Source: a plasmid. From it: DNA of 64,000 nt. The notes under the pieces are model-generated. The model searched no databases, had not been told where the DNA came from, and saw nothing but the letters and a program-made list of their open reading frames with translations. Positions 10,426-19,639 of the stretch are shown here, piece after piece. Each line of letters starts with the position of its first letter. The first letter of the stretch is position 1. Location of the stretch: the sequence record NZ_CP017041.1; one strand, given 5' to 3'. The translations under genes were made by a program, and so were the position numbers.

Positions 10426-11250
10426 GTGACCTCCCTAGTGATACACGCTGAAGTAACTTGTCACCTACTTCATGAGCTAGTCTATCTCCTTATAGGACCA
10501 CATAAAAGAGAGGACCAAAAATTGATCTACATTTCTCGTGTGTCACTCGATACATTCCCCAAGAGTGCCTTGCCACAGCTGATGGAAAGAGCTAGTCCTG
10601 AACGACGAGATAGAGCACGAAGATACGTGCGAATCGATGACTGCTTGCGCTGCCTCATAGCTGACGAACTCCGGGCCTATTCATTGAAGCTTGATTACAA
10701 GGTGCCAGTACAGTCAGAGGTATCGAAGAACGCTTTCGGGAAGCCGCTACTAGCAAACCGCGATGGTCCTAAGTTCAACTTGTCGCACGATGGGAAGTGG
10801 ATTGTCTGTGCCACAAGCCCACATCCTGTAGGCGTAGACGTCGAGGCAGTCGCTGAGCCAGGTTTAGCGGTGGTCTCGAACGATTTTTCAGTGGAAGAAG
10901 TGGAGGCCTTGCGGACGACCGCTACGGCTCCCCTCTCCATCGCTCGAGCGATGATCTGGACACGGAAGGAGGCATACCTCAAATATCTGGGGTTGGGTCT
11001 CACTGTTCAGTTAGATTCTTTTTCAGTAATAGATCAAACCTTGCTGTCGCCAGCTGAAGGGATGACAGACGGTATTCAGTTTTATAGTTGGTGCGATGCC
11101 GATAACTCGCATGTGATCTCTGTCTGTGGCCACGGCGAGGAAGTCGTCATCTCTTGCGTCAGCGGGCAAGAATTACTAGATGGACTGCCACCATCTCACT
11201 GTTCAGAAGAACCTCAAGAGCAACTTCGTTGGTTGCCCAATCTTAGTTAA
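10426..11250 (+). CDS. Sfp-type 4'-phosphopantetheinyl transferase
   Basis: It has the FNLSHDGKWIVCATSPHPVGVDVE and WTRKEAYLKYLGLGL (W/FxxKEA) motifs. The true start may be internal, because Sfp enzymes are about 230 aa. Confidence 0.7.
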   Translation: MTSLVIHAEVTCHLLHELVYLLIGPHKREDQKLIYISRVSLDTFPKSALPQLMERASPERRDRARRYVRIDDCLRCLIADELRAYSLKLDYKVPVQSEVSKNAFGKPLLANRDGPKFNLSHDGKWIVCATSPHPVGVDVEAVAEPGLAVVSNDFSVEEVEALRTTATAPLSIARAMIWTRKEAYLKYLGLGLTVQLDSFSVIDQTLLSPAEGMTDGIQFYSWCDADNSHVISVCGHGEEVVISCVSGQELLDGLPPSHCSEEPQEQLRWLPNLS

Positions 11251-11349
11251 GATCATTTTGTAATTATCAAAATTCCAAGTCGCCTCGAGAAAAGCATTAA
11301 CAGAGATCATATCTCACCAGGAGAGATGCGGCTTAAATAACCTTCTCTT

Positions 11350-12054
11350 TCAATCCTTCATGACAGCTAGGCTCTTCACCTCGTCACGATCAAGTACTGG
11401 ATCACTCATGATAGATTTTTCGTGCTCAGCAATGCATCGTGGGCACTTTTTGAAAAAAACTGATCCGAAACGAGTTATACCTGCTGGTAGTGGCCCGTAA
11501 TTAGTAGCTATCTTGGCTATAGCTCCCCATGAAGGAAGAACCCATTCCACAGACTGTCCTTGAGCAGGTACATCCGCTGAACGTCGATAATCAAATCCAC
11601 CCAAGAGCTCCGCAAGATCCCAATAAGCATAAAATAGATCCGAGGCCAAATCGCTCTTCGAATGGACTTCTTGTCGCAAGTCACCATCGTGTAAAATAGC
11701 GATAGTGGATCCCCGATCCTCCCCATGCACCAATGGTGGCATGGAAGAAAATTTCCGAGTATTATAGACATGTACCCAACCAGATACGGATTGCTCTGGA
11801 GCCATCGGGACAACATGTGCTGGTATGGAATCGAATCCTAAATAAAAAGCTGCTCGACACCTGTGGGCTCCATCAAGGATGATGTAAGGTGCCCCTTGGG
11901 CTACGTGGATGCTTTCTCGTAATGCTTCATGTTCTAGCAATTTTGTAAGACGCTTGAGACGCAAAGTCTCACATTCCTCATGCCATACGAGTTGGTTTAG
12001 CGGAAGATACGATGATAACTCACAGCTACTACTAATTTTCATCAATTTCATCAA
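11350..12054 (-). CDS. ParB/sulfiredoxin-fold (ParB-like nuclease domain) protein
   Basis: 234 aa ORF. It carries the motif YIILDGAHRCRAA, which matches the DGxHR ParB/Srx signature. It is the last low-GC gene before the compositional junction. Confidence 0.45.
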   Translation of the reverse strand: MMKLMKISSSCELSSYLPLNQLVWHEECETLRLKRLTKLLEHEALRESIHVAQGAPYIILDGAHRCRAAFYLGFDSIPAHVVPMAPEQSVSGWVHVYNTRKFSSMPPLVHGEDRGSTIAILHDGDLRQEVHSKSDLASDLFYAYWDLAELLGGFDYRRSADVPAQGQSVEWVLPSWGAIAKIATNYGPLPAGITRFGSVFFKKCPRCIAEHEKSIMSDPVLDRDEVKSLAVMKD

Positions 12055-12956
12055 CTCTCAATGCACTATTAATGGCAACCTGGTCTTGAGATATCCGATC
12101 TATGACTCGGACCACTTTTTCATTGAGTAAGACAGTTTCTAGTATGTTTACTACGAATAAGGGAAAACTTTCTTCAATTTTACCTTAGGGAAAGATATCT
12201 CATAGTTCCGCATCACGACTATTGAAATTTGTAGATCGACCGACTTCTATAACCGATAAATTATGGGCGACTACAGCGATGTCTGTCGAGGCACCAACGA
12301 TGATTCTCGACAGCCCTGGACCCGCACTATCTCTTTTTGGGATGGAACGCATCGCATTGGCAATGCCTAACAGATCATGCTCTTCCGATCCTTGTCCATA
12401 CTTAACTGATGACCGCAGAAGCACAGATGCGGTAGGCATGGGCGGTGTCCGGATCATCCCCCCTTGGGAGCTAAGAGACCGTCGTTGATCACTACATCGA
12501 ACAAGGCCTGCAGGATAGGTTTACAAAACCGATCCGCCGCTACCACCAGTTCTGACACAAGCTTACGTACCATTGTTGATGCCATATCGCTCCTTCGCAG
12601 AAGCGTTCCGGGGGCTCGCAGACGGCATTGGCACCTTGGCACCGATGTCCGTGAATCCACAACGGAACCTGAAACTGCCCCACACGGTCTGATGCTCCGA
12701 CTTTCGTCAGCTTCCCCAGATCATCCGGGGCATCAATCCATTACCAGATTGACACTTAGCACTGTACCCTCACCAAGACCACACCAGCATCGAGGACGGT
12801 GGGAGAGAGGCGAACCCGCCACCACACGATGCACAAATACAAAAATACATAGGCATCATGATGCTCTTGGGCATCTCGCATACCCCCGTACGGTGCCCAA
12901 ACTCAATCCCTACGCAAAGCTCGCAGGCCTAAGTCTGCCCATCAAAATCATGGCTT

Positions 12957-13754
12957 TCACCAAACATCGATTTCTACACCGACTAGCCGACCCCTATCGG
13001 CGACATTGCCATACTGCTGACCCGCCTGGTCCTCTAGCCACGACAACGCATCCCGGAACATCCGCACGTCTTCCAAAGCGAAACCGCAGTCGTAGCCGCC
13101 CTTATCCCCCAACCGCACCATCTGGCGCTCCCGACGGCCACCTTCATCGACTTCGATCCATAGTTTCGCGTGCATCCGCTGGCCTCGGCCTTCTGACAGG
13201 ATCTCGGTGAGCAGATCGGAGGCTTGTCCTCGCGCATCCTCGTTGTCGCGAGGGAATTGGAGTGTGTGGGAAGAACGGTGGTGGGGCAGGTTTGTGACCT
13301 CGTGACGCAGCAGGTTGCGCTTGCGCATCTGCCGTTCGAGGCGCTCGGGCTGACTCGTTGACGGGGTTGTGCCGTGGCGGCGTTTCCTCGGCAGGGTTTC
13401 AATGTGTTTCTCGCCCAGCACCTCCTCGTCGGACTGTTGTGGTGCGCGGCTTCGTCTCGGGTGCAGGAGTTCGGCATCCGGTTCGGTGGGACGGTGAGAT
13501 GGTTTTCCGCGCTTACCGCGTACCTTCGCGGTCCGGCCTTTGCGATCATGCCGACGCCGCGGCGGGGTAACCTCCTCGCCCCGCTCCAACTGTGTTAACG
13601 CCTCGACCAGGTTGGTGCCAGGCTTAAGCCCTTTTAGCACGAACCGCACCAGGCGGGGGTCTCGGCCGATTCGTCGGGCAATCTCGGCTTGGCTCCACCC
13701 TTCGGCTAACAGGGTGCGCACCAGGTCCTGAGCCCGATTGTCACGCTCAGTCAC
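12957..13754 (-). CDS. HTH DNA-binding protein
   Basis: 265 aa ORF with an N-terminal helix-turn-helix (LLAEGWSQAEIARRIG) and a basic linker. It is translationally coupled to the upstream 568-aa gene by an 8-nt overlap. Confidence 0.45.
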   Translation of the reverse strand: MTERDNRAQDLVRTLLAEGWSQAEIARRIGRDPRLVRFVLKGLKPGTNLVEALTQLERGEEVTPPRRRHDRKGRTAKVRGKRGKPSHRPTEPDAELLHPRRSRAPQQSDEEVLGEKHIETLPRKRRHGTTPSTSQPERLERQMRKRNLLRHEVTNLPHHRSSHTLQFPRDNEDARGQASDLLTEILSEGRGQRMHAKLWIEVDEGGRRERQMVRLGDKGGYDCGFALEDVRMFRDALSWLEDQAGQQYGNVADRGRLVGVEIDVW

Positions 13755-15453
13755 TGGTCGCCTCCTCGGGGAGTCCTACTTGCTCGGCCTGCTCTGATAG
13801 AGCAGCCCGCTCCGATCCGGTCTGAGGCGCTTCCAAAGGGCCCGGCAAGACACCTTTGACACGCAGCCGCCCGTCCTTGCCGTCATCGCCGCCCCCCTGG
13901 GCCACAGGGAGCGCCCAGGGGGGCACGTTGCTGGTGTAGATAGCGTCGCCGTGGATAGCCAGCAGGGTGCGGGAGTTCATGCGTAGTGCTCCTCCCTTGG
14001 TTGTGGCGTTTTTTCCGGTGGTGGGGTCGGCGATGGGTGTGTTGAGGGTGCGTACGCGGGACAGGGCCCAGATGCGGGCGGCGATTTCGGGGTGCCAGGT
14101 GTCGGGGTCGGGGCGGCGGCGGGCGGTTTGGTATTGGTAGGCGATGGTGTCACCGGTTTTGTTGCGGATGACGTCGAAGCCTTCGATGTCGGAGGGGATG
14201 TCGTCGGCGTCGTAGACGACGGTGGTGGTGACGGGGTTGGAGGCCGACATTTGGCCGATGGTCACGCGCAGCATGTTTTTCAACGCGGAGGTGAGGATTG
14301 TCGTGGCGGTGGGGTTTTTGTCTGCCCAGCGTTTCTCGGCGATGTCGATCATGTCTTGGATGGTTTTGACCCATCCTCGGATGGGATCGACTTTGGTCAG
14401 TTTGATCCCTTCGAGGAACTCGATGGGCTGGGTGATGGGCCCATTTGGTCCGGCTTCGGTGTCCCAGCCTTCGTCGATGGCTAGTTTCAGTTCGGCGGTA
14501 TCGACCCATGTTTCGTGGGTGGTGCCGGGCACGTTGGGCCAAAACCATCCTGCTCGTCCTTTGGTGCGTTTGACCGGTAGTAGGCCGATGTCGTCCCACC
14601 AGGATGGCACGGTGAAGCGGATGTGGTAGCGGGCCGGGTGCCAGGGGTTGTTGGTGAACAGGTCGCGGGCTTCGGTGGCGCTGAGCAGAGTGGCGGGTGC
14701 GGCACCGATCTCTCCGGTCACTGATCCGGCATACATGAATCGGCCGTCGATGTACACGAAGTTAGGGATAGGGCCGGCAGGCACGGTGGGGCGCCAGCCC
14801 TTTTCGCGGTCCTCGGGGTTGCCGTCGTCGACGCATAGTTCGTAGCGGTGCTGAGGGGAGGTGTGTTGGATGAGTGCGCCCAGTTCGGGGTCCATCGGCT
14901 CCATGCGATAGGACTCGGGGGTCCGTAGCTTCCAGAGGTTGATTCCTTCTGCTCCGGGGCGGTCCATGAGGGCCCAGTCGCGGTCGATTCTGGTGGCGAT
15001 GATGTGGGTTAATTCGCGCCATGCCCAGCGGGCCTGGATTGGGGTGAGGGTCTGGCCAGGGAACCATTCATCAGCGACCAGAATGTCGAGGTTGCGGTCG
15101 GTTTCTTTGTGGGTGAACCGGCCTCGGGCGGGCCGCCCGGACAGCATGAACAGGCCCCGCACGTGCCAGTCCTGGTTGAACTCGCGGGTGTGAGCGGGGG
15201 TGTCAGGCAGCAGCCAGGATTGAGGCTGGTCGGGGATGTTACCGCAGACGATCAGGCGTCGGGCGTTGTGGTGTAGCGCGGTTGTTAGCAGGTCTGACAG
15301 GGTTGCGTGCTTGGTGCGTCGTCCCCCCAGCACTGGCAGGATCTCGTTTCCGGCCGCGTCGACTCCCCGGGCGGTGTCGATGTCTAGCCACACTGTTTCG
15401 GGGTCGGGGGGCCGATGTGGGGCGGGACGGCGCTGCTCCTGGTCGTCTCTCAT
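13747..15453 (-). CDS. Large replication-associated protein; possible primase-polymerase (AEP-like) N-terminus
   Basis: 568 aa ORF. The N-terminus has an hhhDhD-like motif (VWLDIDTARG) followed by LGGRRTKH, reminiscent of Prim-Pol motifs I and II. There is no Walker A. The assignment is weak. Confidence 0.4.
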   Translation of the reverse strand: MRDDQEQRRPAPHRPPDPETVWLDIDTARGVDAAGNEILPVLGGRRTKHATLSDLLTTALHHNARRLIVCGNIPDQPQSWLLPDTPAHTREFNQDWHVRGLFMLSGRPARGRFTHKETDRNLDILVADEWFPGQTLTPIQARWAWRELTHIIATRIDRDWALMDRPGAEGINLWKLRTPESYRMEPMDPELGALIQHTSPQHRYELCVDDGNPEDREKGWRPTVPAGPIPNFVYIDGRFMYAGSVTGEIGAAPATLLSATEARDLFTNNPWHPARYHIRFTVPSWWDDIGLLPVKRTKGRAGWFWPNVPGTTHETWVDTAELKLAIDEGWDTEAGPNGPITQPIEFLEGIKLTKVDPIRGWVKTIQDMIDIAEKRWADKNPTATTILTSALKNMLRVTIGQMSASNPVTTTVVYDADDIPSDIEGFDVIRNKTGDTIAYQYQTARRRPDPDTWHPEIAARIWALSRVRTLNTPIADPTTGKNATTKGGALRMNSRTLLAIHGDAIYTSNVPPWALPVAQGGGDDGKDGRLRVKGVLPGPLEAPQTGSERAALSEQAEQVGLPEEATSD

Positions 15454-15971
15454 GGTTTCCTCCTTTGGGCCAGGGAGCGGCCGGCGTCGAGGGCGTTCAT
15501 GCGCTCGCGTTGTTCTTCGCGTAGTTGGTAGACCCGGCCTCGTGACACTCCTGCTGCCTCGGCGATGGTGGTGGCCGGCAGGTGGCCGATGGCGGCAGCG
15601 TCGGCAAGGACGTCACGCCAGGCCAGGTCAATGGTTCCCAGCTGGGCTAGAGCTTCGTCGCGGCGGCGGGTGGCATCAGCCACTACGGAGGCCCACCCTG
15701 TGGGGTGGATGGTCTTGACGACGATTCGGTTGTGGCGGATGGGGCCCCATGCATCAGCGGGGACTTGCCAGCCGTGATTGGCGGCGGACTCGGTGATCTT
15801 GAGGCGTCGCTCAGGTGCGCGGGTGCGGGCAGTGACGTCGGTGTTCCAGGTCTGGACTGGTACCCACGTCCCTTCTCGGATGCGTTCGATGACGCACGTG
15901 GTGACCTCGTCGGTGACTGTGATGACCAGACGATAATCTTTCCCGTCTGGGGTGGTTCGGTAGCTGGGCAT
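15450..15971 (-). CDS. Small DNA-binding protein with C-terminal HTH
   Basis: 173 aa ORF with a C-terminal HTH (IAEAAGVSRGRVYQLREE). It is a paralogue of ORF 18095..18658 in architecture. Confidence 0.45.
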   Translation of the reverse strand: MPSYRTTPDGKDYRLVITVTDEVTTCVIERIREGTWVPVQTWNTDVTARTRAPERRLKITESAANHGWQVPADAWGPIRHNRIVVKTIHPTGWASVVADATRRRDEALAQLGTIDLAWRDVLADAAAIGHLPATTIAEAAGVSRGRVYQLREEQRERMNALDAGRSLAQRRKP

Positions 15972-16040
15972 GTCACCCTCCCCTATCTGTCAAATGAGCT
16001 AGACACAGTGTCTATTTAATTTGACGCAAAGTCAAGTGTG

Positions 16041-16640
16041 CTAGACGCCTTTGTGTGGATCCGCCCGCCCAGACAGGCACTCACGTCTCATGACCCGCCG
16101 CGACGTCTTAACGAAACCAAACCGCTTATAGAACCGCTCCGCAGCGGGCCCGGAGGGCTTCAGTTCGAGGGTGAGACCGTGCTCGTCGGCCCATTGGCAG
16201 ACTTGTGTGAGGATCTGTGAGCCGTGGCCTTGAGTGCGGGGGACGGCGTGGACGCACATGAGCATGGGGCCGTGGCGGCGCGCTGGCGGGGCCACGTAGG
16301 CTCCGCCATGCCAGTCCGGTGTGGTCTGCCAGCTTCGCCATGTCGCGGTACGCCAGTGGTGGGCTTCGAGGGCCACCATGATCACCGCGACGACGACGAG
16401 CGTTGCGGCCCCGATCATGGCCAGCTCACCCTGGCCAGGCCAGTTCCCGCAGATGATCCAGTCTCTTAACGCCCAGATGATCGCGGCTTCCACGCCTGCT
16501 GCGATCGGGATGAGCAAGGCAGAACGACGGTGTCCTGCCATGATCTCGGTGATCTCGCTGCGATGCCACGACAAGGAGAATTCCCACGACTCTTGAATCA
16601 TGCTGATGTGTGAACGGCTTCTTCGGCTTCGCCCTGCCAT
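16041..16640 (-). CDS. GNAT family N-acetyltransferase with N-terminal membrane segment
   Basis: The C-terminal half has GNAT motif A (GHGSQILTQVCQWADEHGLTLEL) followed by AERFYKRFGF. Hydrophobic helices precede it. Confidence 0.5.
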   Translation of the reverse strand: MAGRSRRSRSHISMIQESWEFSLSWHRSEITEIMAGHRRSALLIPIAAGVEAAIIWALRDWIICGNWPGQGELAMIGAATLVVVAVIMVALEAHHWRTATWRSWQTTPDWHGGAYVAPPARRHGPMLMCVHAVPRTQGHGSQILTQVCQWADEHGLTLELKPSGPAAERFYKRFGFVKTSRRVMRRECLSGRADPHKGV

Positions 16641-17002
16641 AGTTTCTCCAAACGACGCTCAGCCAGCTCGTCGGGACACGGCGACAGCCTGCCGCACTCG
16701 GAGCAGACCCCGAAGTGGCGCGAGAGAGTGATGACCGGCTCGTCGGGAGCATGAACCGACTCGATGCCCGGGTGCTGCTCATCGGTGAGTCCCGAAGCGT
16801 GGCTGATCTCGATCAGACGGAGGTGGACCATGCCGTCGTAGCTGTCGGCTCTCTCGACATGGAACGGGTAGGAGCCGTCCGCGGTGTGGCCTGCAACCAG
16901 GTCCCCGATCTTCAACTGGCTGGCGGTCATGGTTCGCACCGGCGGCAGCGGGGTCCGGGTCGCGTTGATCCTCATGGTCTCTCCTTGCTTCTGCGCCTTC
17001 AT
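16598..17002 (-). CDS. Hypothetical protein with CxxC pair
   Basis: ORF 16598..17071. The start is uncertain; internal ATG candidates lie at 17002 and 16975. It contains GVCSECGRLSPCP. Confidence 0.3.
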   Translation of the reverse strand: MKAQKQGETMRINATRTPLPPVRTMTASQLKIGDLVAGHTADGSYPFHVERADSYDGMVHLRLIEISHASGLTDEQHPGIESVHAPDEPVITLSRHFGVCSECGRLSPCPDELAERRLEKLWQGEAEEAVHTSA

Positions 17003-17096
17003 AGATGAAGGTGCCACAGCCGGGGTTGATGTGCGGAACCACAGCCACTTTTTCAATAAATCCATCACCAATCCATCACCACGGTCTCACCCCTTC

Positions 17097-17128
17097 CCAA
17101 ATGTGTAAACCATGATTTACACATTTGG
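17097..17128. promoter_or_regulatory. Perfect inverted repeat (13-bp arms, 6-nt spacer), operator-like
   Basis: The sequence is ccaaatgtgtaaa-ccatga-tttacacatttgg. It is preceded by the direct repeat atccatcacca x2 (17061-17082) and lies in the divergent region upstream of ORF 17132. Confidence 0.4.
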
Positions 17129-17131
17129 GGC

Positions 17132-17500
17132 ATGATCGAACCCACAACCATCTCCACCACGCCCCGCGTGGCCATCATCTCCCCCAGCGGGCCAGCACGG
17201 TTCTGGGGCGAGCCTCCCAGCATCGCACTGCGCCGACACGGCCGGTCCCCCATGAGGTCCCTTCCTTCCGGGGCCCTGCTGCTGGTGTGGGACGTCACCG
17301 TTTTGACCGGGCCCACTCTCGGCCACCGCGTGCGTCCTCTCAGTAAGGACGCCGAGCTGACTGCCCGGCGCTGGCTCGACCAGGTCGCCGACAACCCCGG
17401 CTTCCTCGACACCCTTATCGAGGCCGCCCGCATCACCAATGGATGGCATCACGCGACGCCTCCGCACATTCAGGCCCCTTACCGGACCCTTCATCAGTGA
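17132..17500 (+). CDS. Hypothetical protein
   Basis: 122 aa ORF immediately downstream of the palindrome. It has no recognizable domain. Confidence 0.3.
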   Translation: MIEPTTISTTPRVAIISPSGPARFWGEPPSIALRRHGRSPMRSLPSGALLLVWDVTVLTGPTLGHRVRPLSKDAELTARRWLDQVADNPGFLDTLIEAARITNGWHHATPPHIQAPYRTLHQ

Positions 17501-17516
17501 ACGGAGGTACAACGAC

Positions 17517-18098
17517 ATGACCAGCGACATTGACATTGACCGGACCCACAAACCCGACGACCGCGCCGAGGCTCCTCTTTACCGGTCCTGGGCCAGGAGA
17601 CTCGTGCACGTCTCCGGGATGCCCTGGCGTATCGTCGCCGCCCTGGCCGGGGTCTCCCCCACCTCCATGCACCGGCTTCTATTCGGCCGCAACGGTCGAC
17701 CCGTGGAATGGATCGGCATCAATGATGCTCGCGCCCTGATGGATATCGGCATCGATGATCTCGCCTCAGCGTCCACCGACCGTATCCCGGCCCGCGAATC
17801 CCGCGAGCTGTTGGTAGCCCTGCACACCCTCGGCTGGACCGATGAGCATCTAAGCCGCTGGCTGACCAGTTCCGACCTCGACCTGGCCACCACCCCCAAG
17901 GCCCTCTACGTCACCCGGCTATCCGCCGCCCGCATCCAGGCCACCTACGACATGCTCATCAGCCAACCCGTCCGCCGCTGCGGCCACCCCCGCACCCCGC
18001 CTATCTCGTCCCAGACTCCGGTTACCTCGCCCCAGCCCGGGCCCGAGGATGCCGAAACGTTCCAGCCCGCCCTGTTCGAGCTAGCCGACTGCGCATGA
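17517..18098 (+). CDS. Hypothetical protein
   Basis: The ATG at 17517 is preceded by a ggaggt RBS (17504-17509). The ORF begins MTSDIDIDRTHKPDD. Confidence 0.4.
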   Translation: MTSDIDIDRTHKPDDRAEAPLYRSWARRLVHVSGMPWRIVAALAGVSPTSMHRLLFGRNGRPVEWIGINDARALMDIGIDDLASASTDRIPARESRELLVALHTLGWTDEHLSRWLTSSDLDLATTPKALYVTRLSAARIQATYDMLISQPVRRCGHPRTPPISSQTPVTSPQPGPEDAETFQPALFELADCA

Positions 18099-18658
18099 GA
18101 CCCCACACAAACATGGTTGAATCGAAGGGCTCAGCCAGCAGCCAGTTACCAGGAGTCCCCGTGCGTCTATACCGCGCTGTTCTTACCCACACCGACATCC
18201 AGATCACCGTCCGCATCTGGAGCACCACCGACCACGACTGGACCTGGACTCCCCTCGACACCTGGACCCCCGACCCGACCCCGACCACACCAGCCCAACT
18301 GGCCGACGAACTCCACCGACACGGATGGACCACCCCCGAGGACCCCACCACCCTCACCAAGGTGACTGTGATCCCCGAGAACTGGCAGGCCCTCGTCGAC
18401 CACGCCCTCGCTGCCCGAAACCACCAAGCCAACCAGCTGCGCGTCGCCGAGAACATCCTCACCGACATCCTCGGCGACGCCGCCGACGCCGGCCTTTCCG
18501 TGACCTTCCTCGCCCAGGCCGCCGGACTGTCCCGAGCTGCCTTCTACAAACGCAGCGCTAAGACCATCAACTCTATGAGGCACACCGACCAGCCGCGCGA
18601 AGACCCCTCCCAGCTCACCCGAGCCGAGAAAACAGCACTCAGCCTGGGCGACGAGTGA
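18095..18658 (+). CDS. Small DNA-binding protein with C-terminal HTH (paralogue of 15450..15971)
   Basis: C-terminal HTH (FLAQAAGLSRAAFYKRS). The start is uncertain (an alternative GTG lies near 18161). Confidence 0.4.
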   Translation: MRPHTNMVESKGSASSQLPGVPVRLYRAVLTHTDIQITVRIWSTTDHDWTWTPLDTWTPDPTPTTPAQLADELHRHGWTTPEDPTTLTKVTVIPENWQALVDHALAARNHQANQLRVAENILTDILGDAADAGLSVTFLAQAAGLSRAAFYKRSAKTINSMRHTDQPREDPSQLTRAEKTALSLGDE

Positions 18659-18765
18659 TCCTCACACCTCCTGCGACAGCCCGGCCGTGGAGCCTTCCCA
18701 CACGTGTCTAGCCAGCACTGACCGGGAAAACCTATTCGCGGCACCACACCGGGCCCACTCACCAG

Positions 18766-19071
18766 TCACCTACACCCCCGACTGCCCCTCGCGAAGACCC
18801 AACCAGCGAACCAAGCCCCCAATGCGCCCACCACGATCAGCACACCCACGGCGACCACCAGGTGGGAAGCACTAACCGACCCCAACAACCCAAGATCAAA
18901 CAGGCCCTGCCCGGGAACGCCGAGCAGCCCGTGATCGCGAAGCCATGCTCCGAGATGACCGATGATTTTAGGGGCCATCTTCTTCAGCAGGGCTATCCCT
19001 CCGATACCAACAACGATGAAGGCGAGGATTTCTTCGCATCCGTTGTTTCCTTCTCCGGTGGGGCCGTTCAT
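18766..19071 (-). CDS. Small membrane protein
   Basis: It begins at ATG 19071 (MNGPTGEGNNG...) and has two hydrophobic helices. It overlaps the upstream gene stop in an ATGA arrangement. Confidence 0.4.
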   Translation of the reverse strand: MNGPTGEGNNGCEEILAFIVVGIGGIALLKKMAPKIIGHLGAWLRDHGLLGVPGQGLFDLGLLGSVSASHLVVAVGVLIVVGALGAWFAGWVFARGSRGCR

Positions 19072-19415
19072 GCTGCCTTCTCGGGGTGGACGGCCAGCCA
19101 GCCGATGAGGTTGTCGGCGACCTGTCCTGAGGTTTCGATCAGTTCGACCTGTCCAGCCTGCCATGCGCGCGATGCGCCGGCCAGCAGTGATGCCGGGGCC
19201 CCTGCTGCGCGGCTGAGAGAAGCGACTTCAGTCAAGGCGGTGCGTAGCTCCTCGATGGCGCTTTCGATGTACCAGCCGCTGTCGGTACTGGTCTCGGCGG
19301 CGTCGGTGGCGGTGATAAGGGCGTCGGTGAGGTTGTTGACGGCATGGTCGAGATCAGCGATGCTCGGTAAAGCTACGGGAGTCACGGTGTGTTTTCCTTC
19401 CAGGGATGCCTTCAC
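19068..19415 (-). CDS. Hypothetical protein
   Basis: 115 aa ORF, translationally coupled to the downstream small membrane protein. Confidence 0.4.
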   Translation of the reverse strand: MKASLEGKHTVTPVALPSIADLDHAVNNLTDALITATDAAETSTDSGWYIESAIEELRTALTEVASLSRAAGAPASLLAGASRAWQAGQVELIETSGQVADNLIGWLAVHPEKAA

Positions 19416-19504
19416 TGGTAAAGGTTCCCTGGGTCCGGCCGATGTGCGGTGATTTAAGAAAGATGCTCCGCATCAAGTCGTTTGAGTCAGGAAAATTCGG
19501 CTAG

Positions 19505-19639
19505 AACGGCACCAAGGTTCGCTCCCACTCGTCCAAACCTGTGGCGGGGCTGCCCCTGTCTGAACGCACATGCGTGTGCACTGTCTGCGGGATGATCCTG
19601 GACCGCGGCATCAACGCCGCGGTCAGCCCCGCTCGCTAG
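19505..19639 (+). pseudogene. TnpB (IS605/IS607 OrfB) C-terminal remnant
   Basis: A 44-codon frame ends in LSERTCVCTVCGMILDRGINAAVSPAR*. This matches the TnpB zinc finger (CxxC) plus the RuvC-III D-R-D-x-N-A-A signature. No upstream body is present. Confidence 0.45.

Noticed and set aside
12200-12950. Short ORFs in the compositional transition zone (12200..12457 minus, 12454..12660 minus, 12464..13210 plus), and a search for a tRNA or att site.
   Set aside because: No start or RBS context and no domain signal were found. No cloverleaf-compatible T-arm/acceptor pattern was found by eye. The zone is left unannotated and flagged for computational tRNA/att search.
13034-15067. Long minus- and plus-strand ORFs overlapping the 568-aa and HTH genes. 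Examples are 13034..13549, 14092..14484 and 14150..14599 (Arg/His-rich), and 14762..15067.
   Set aside because: Their amino-acid composition is typical of out-of-frame reading of high-GC coding DNA (R/P/G/H-rich, no motifs). They overlap better-supported genes entirely.
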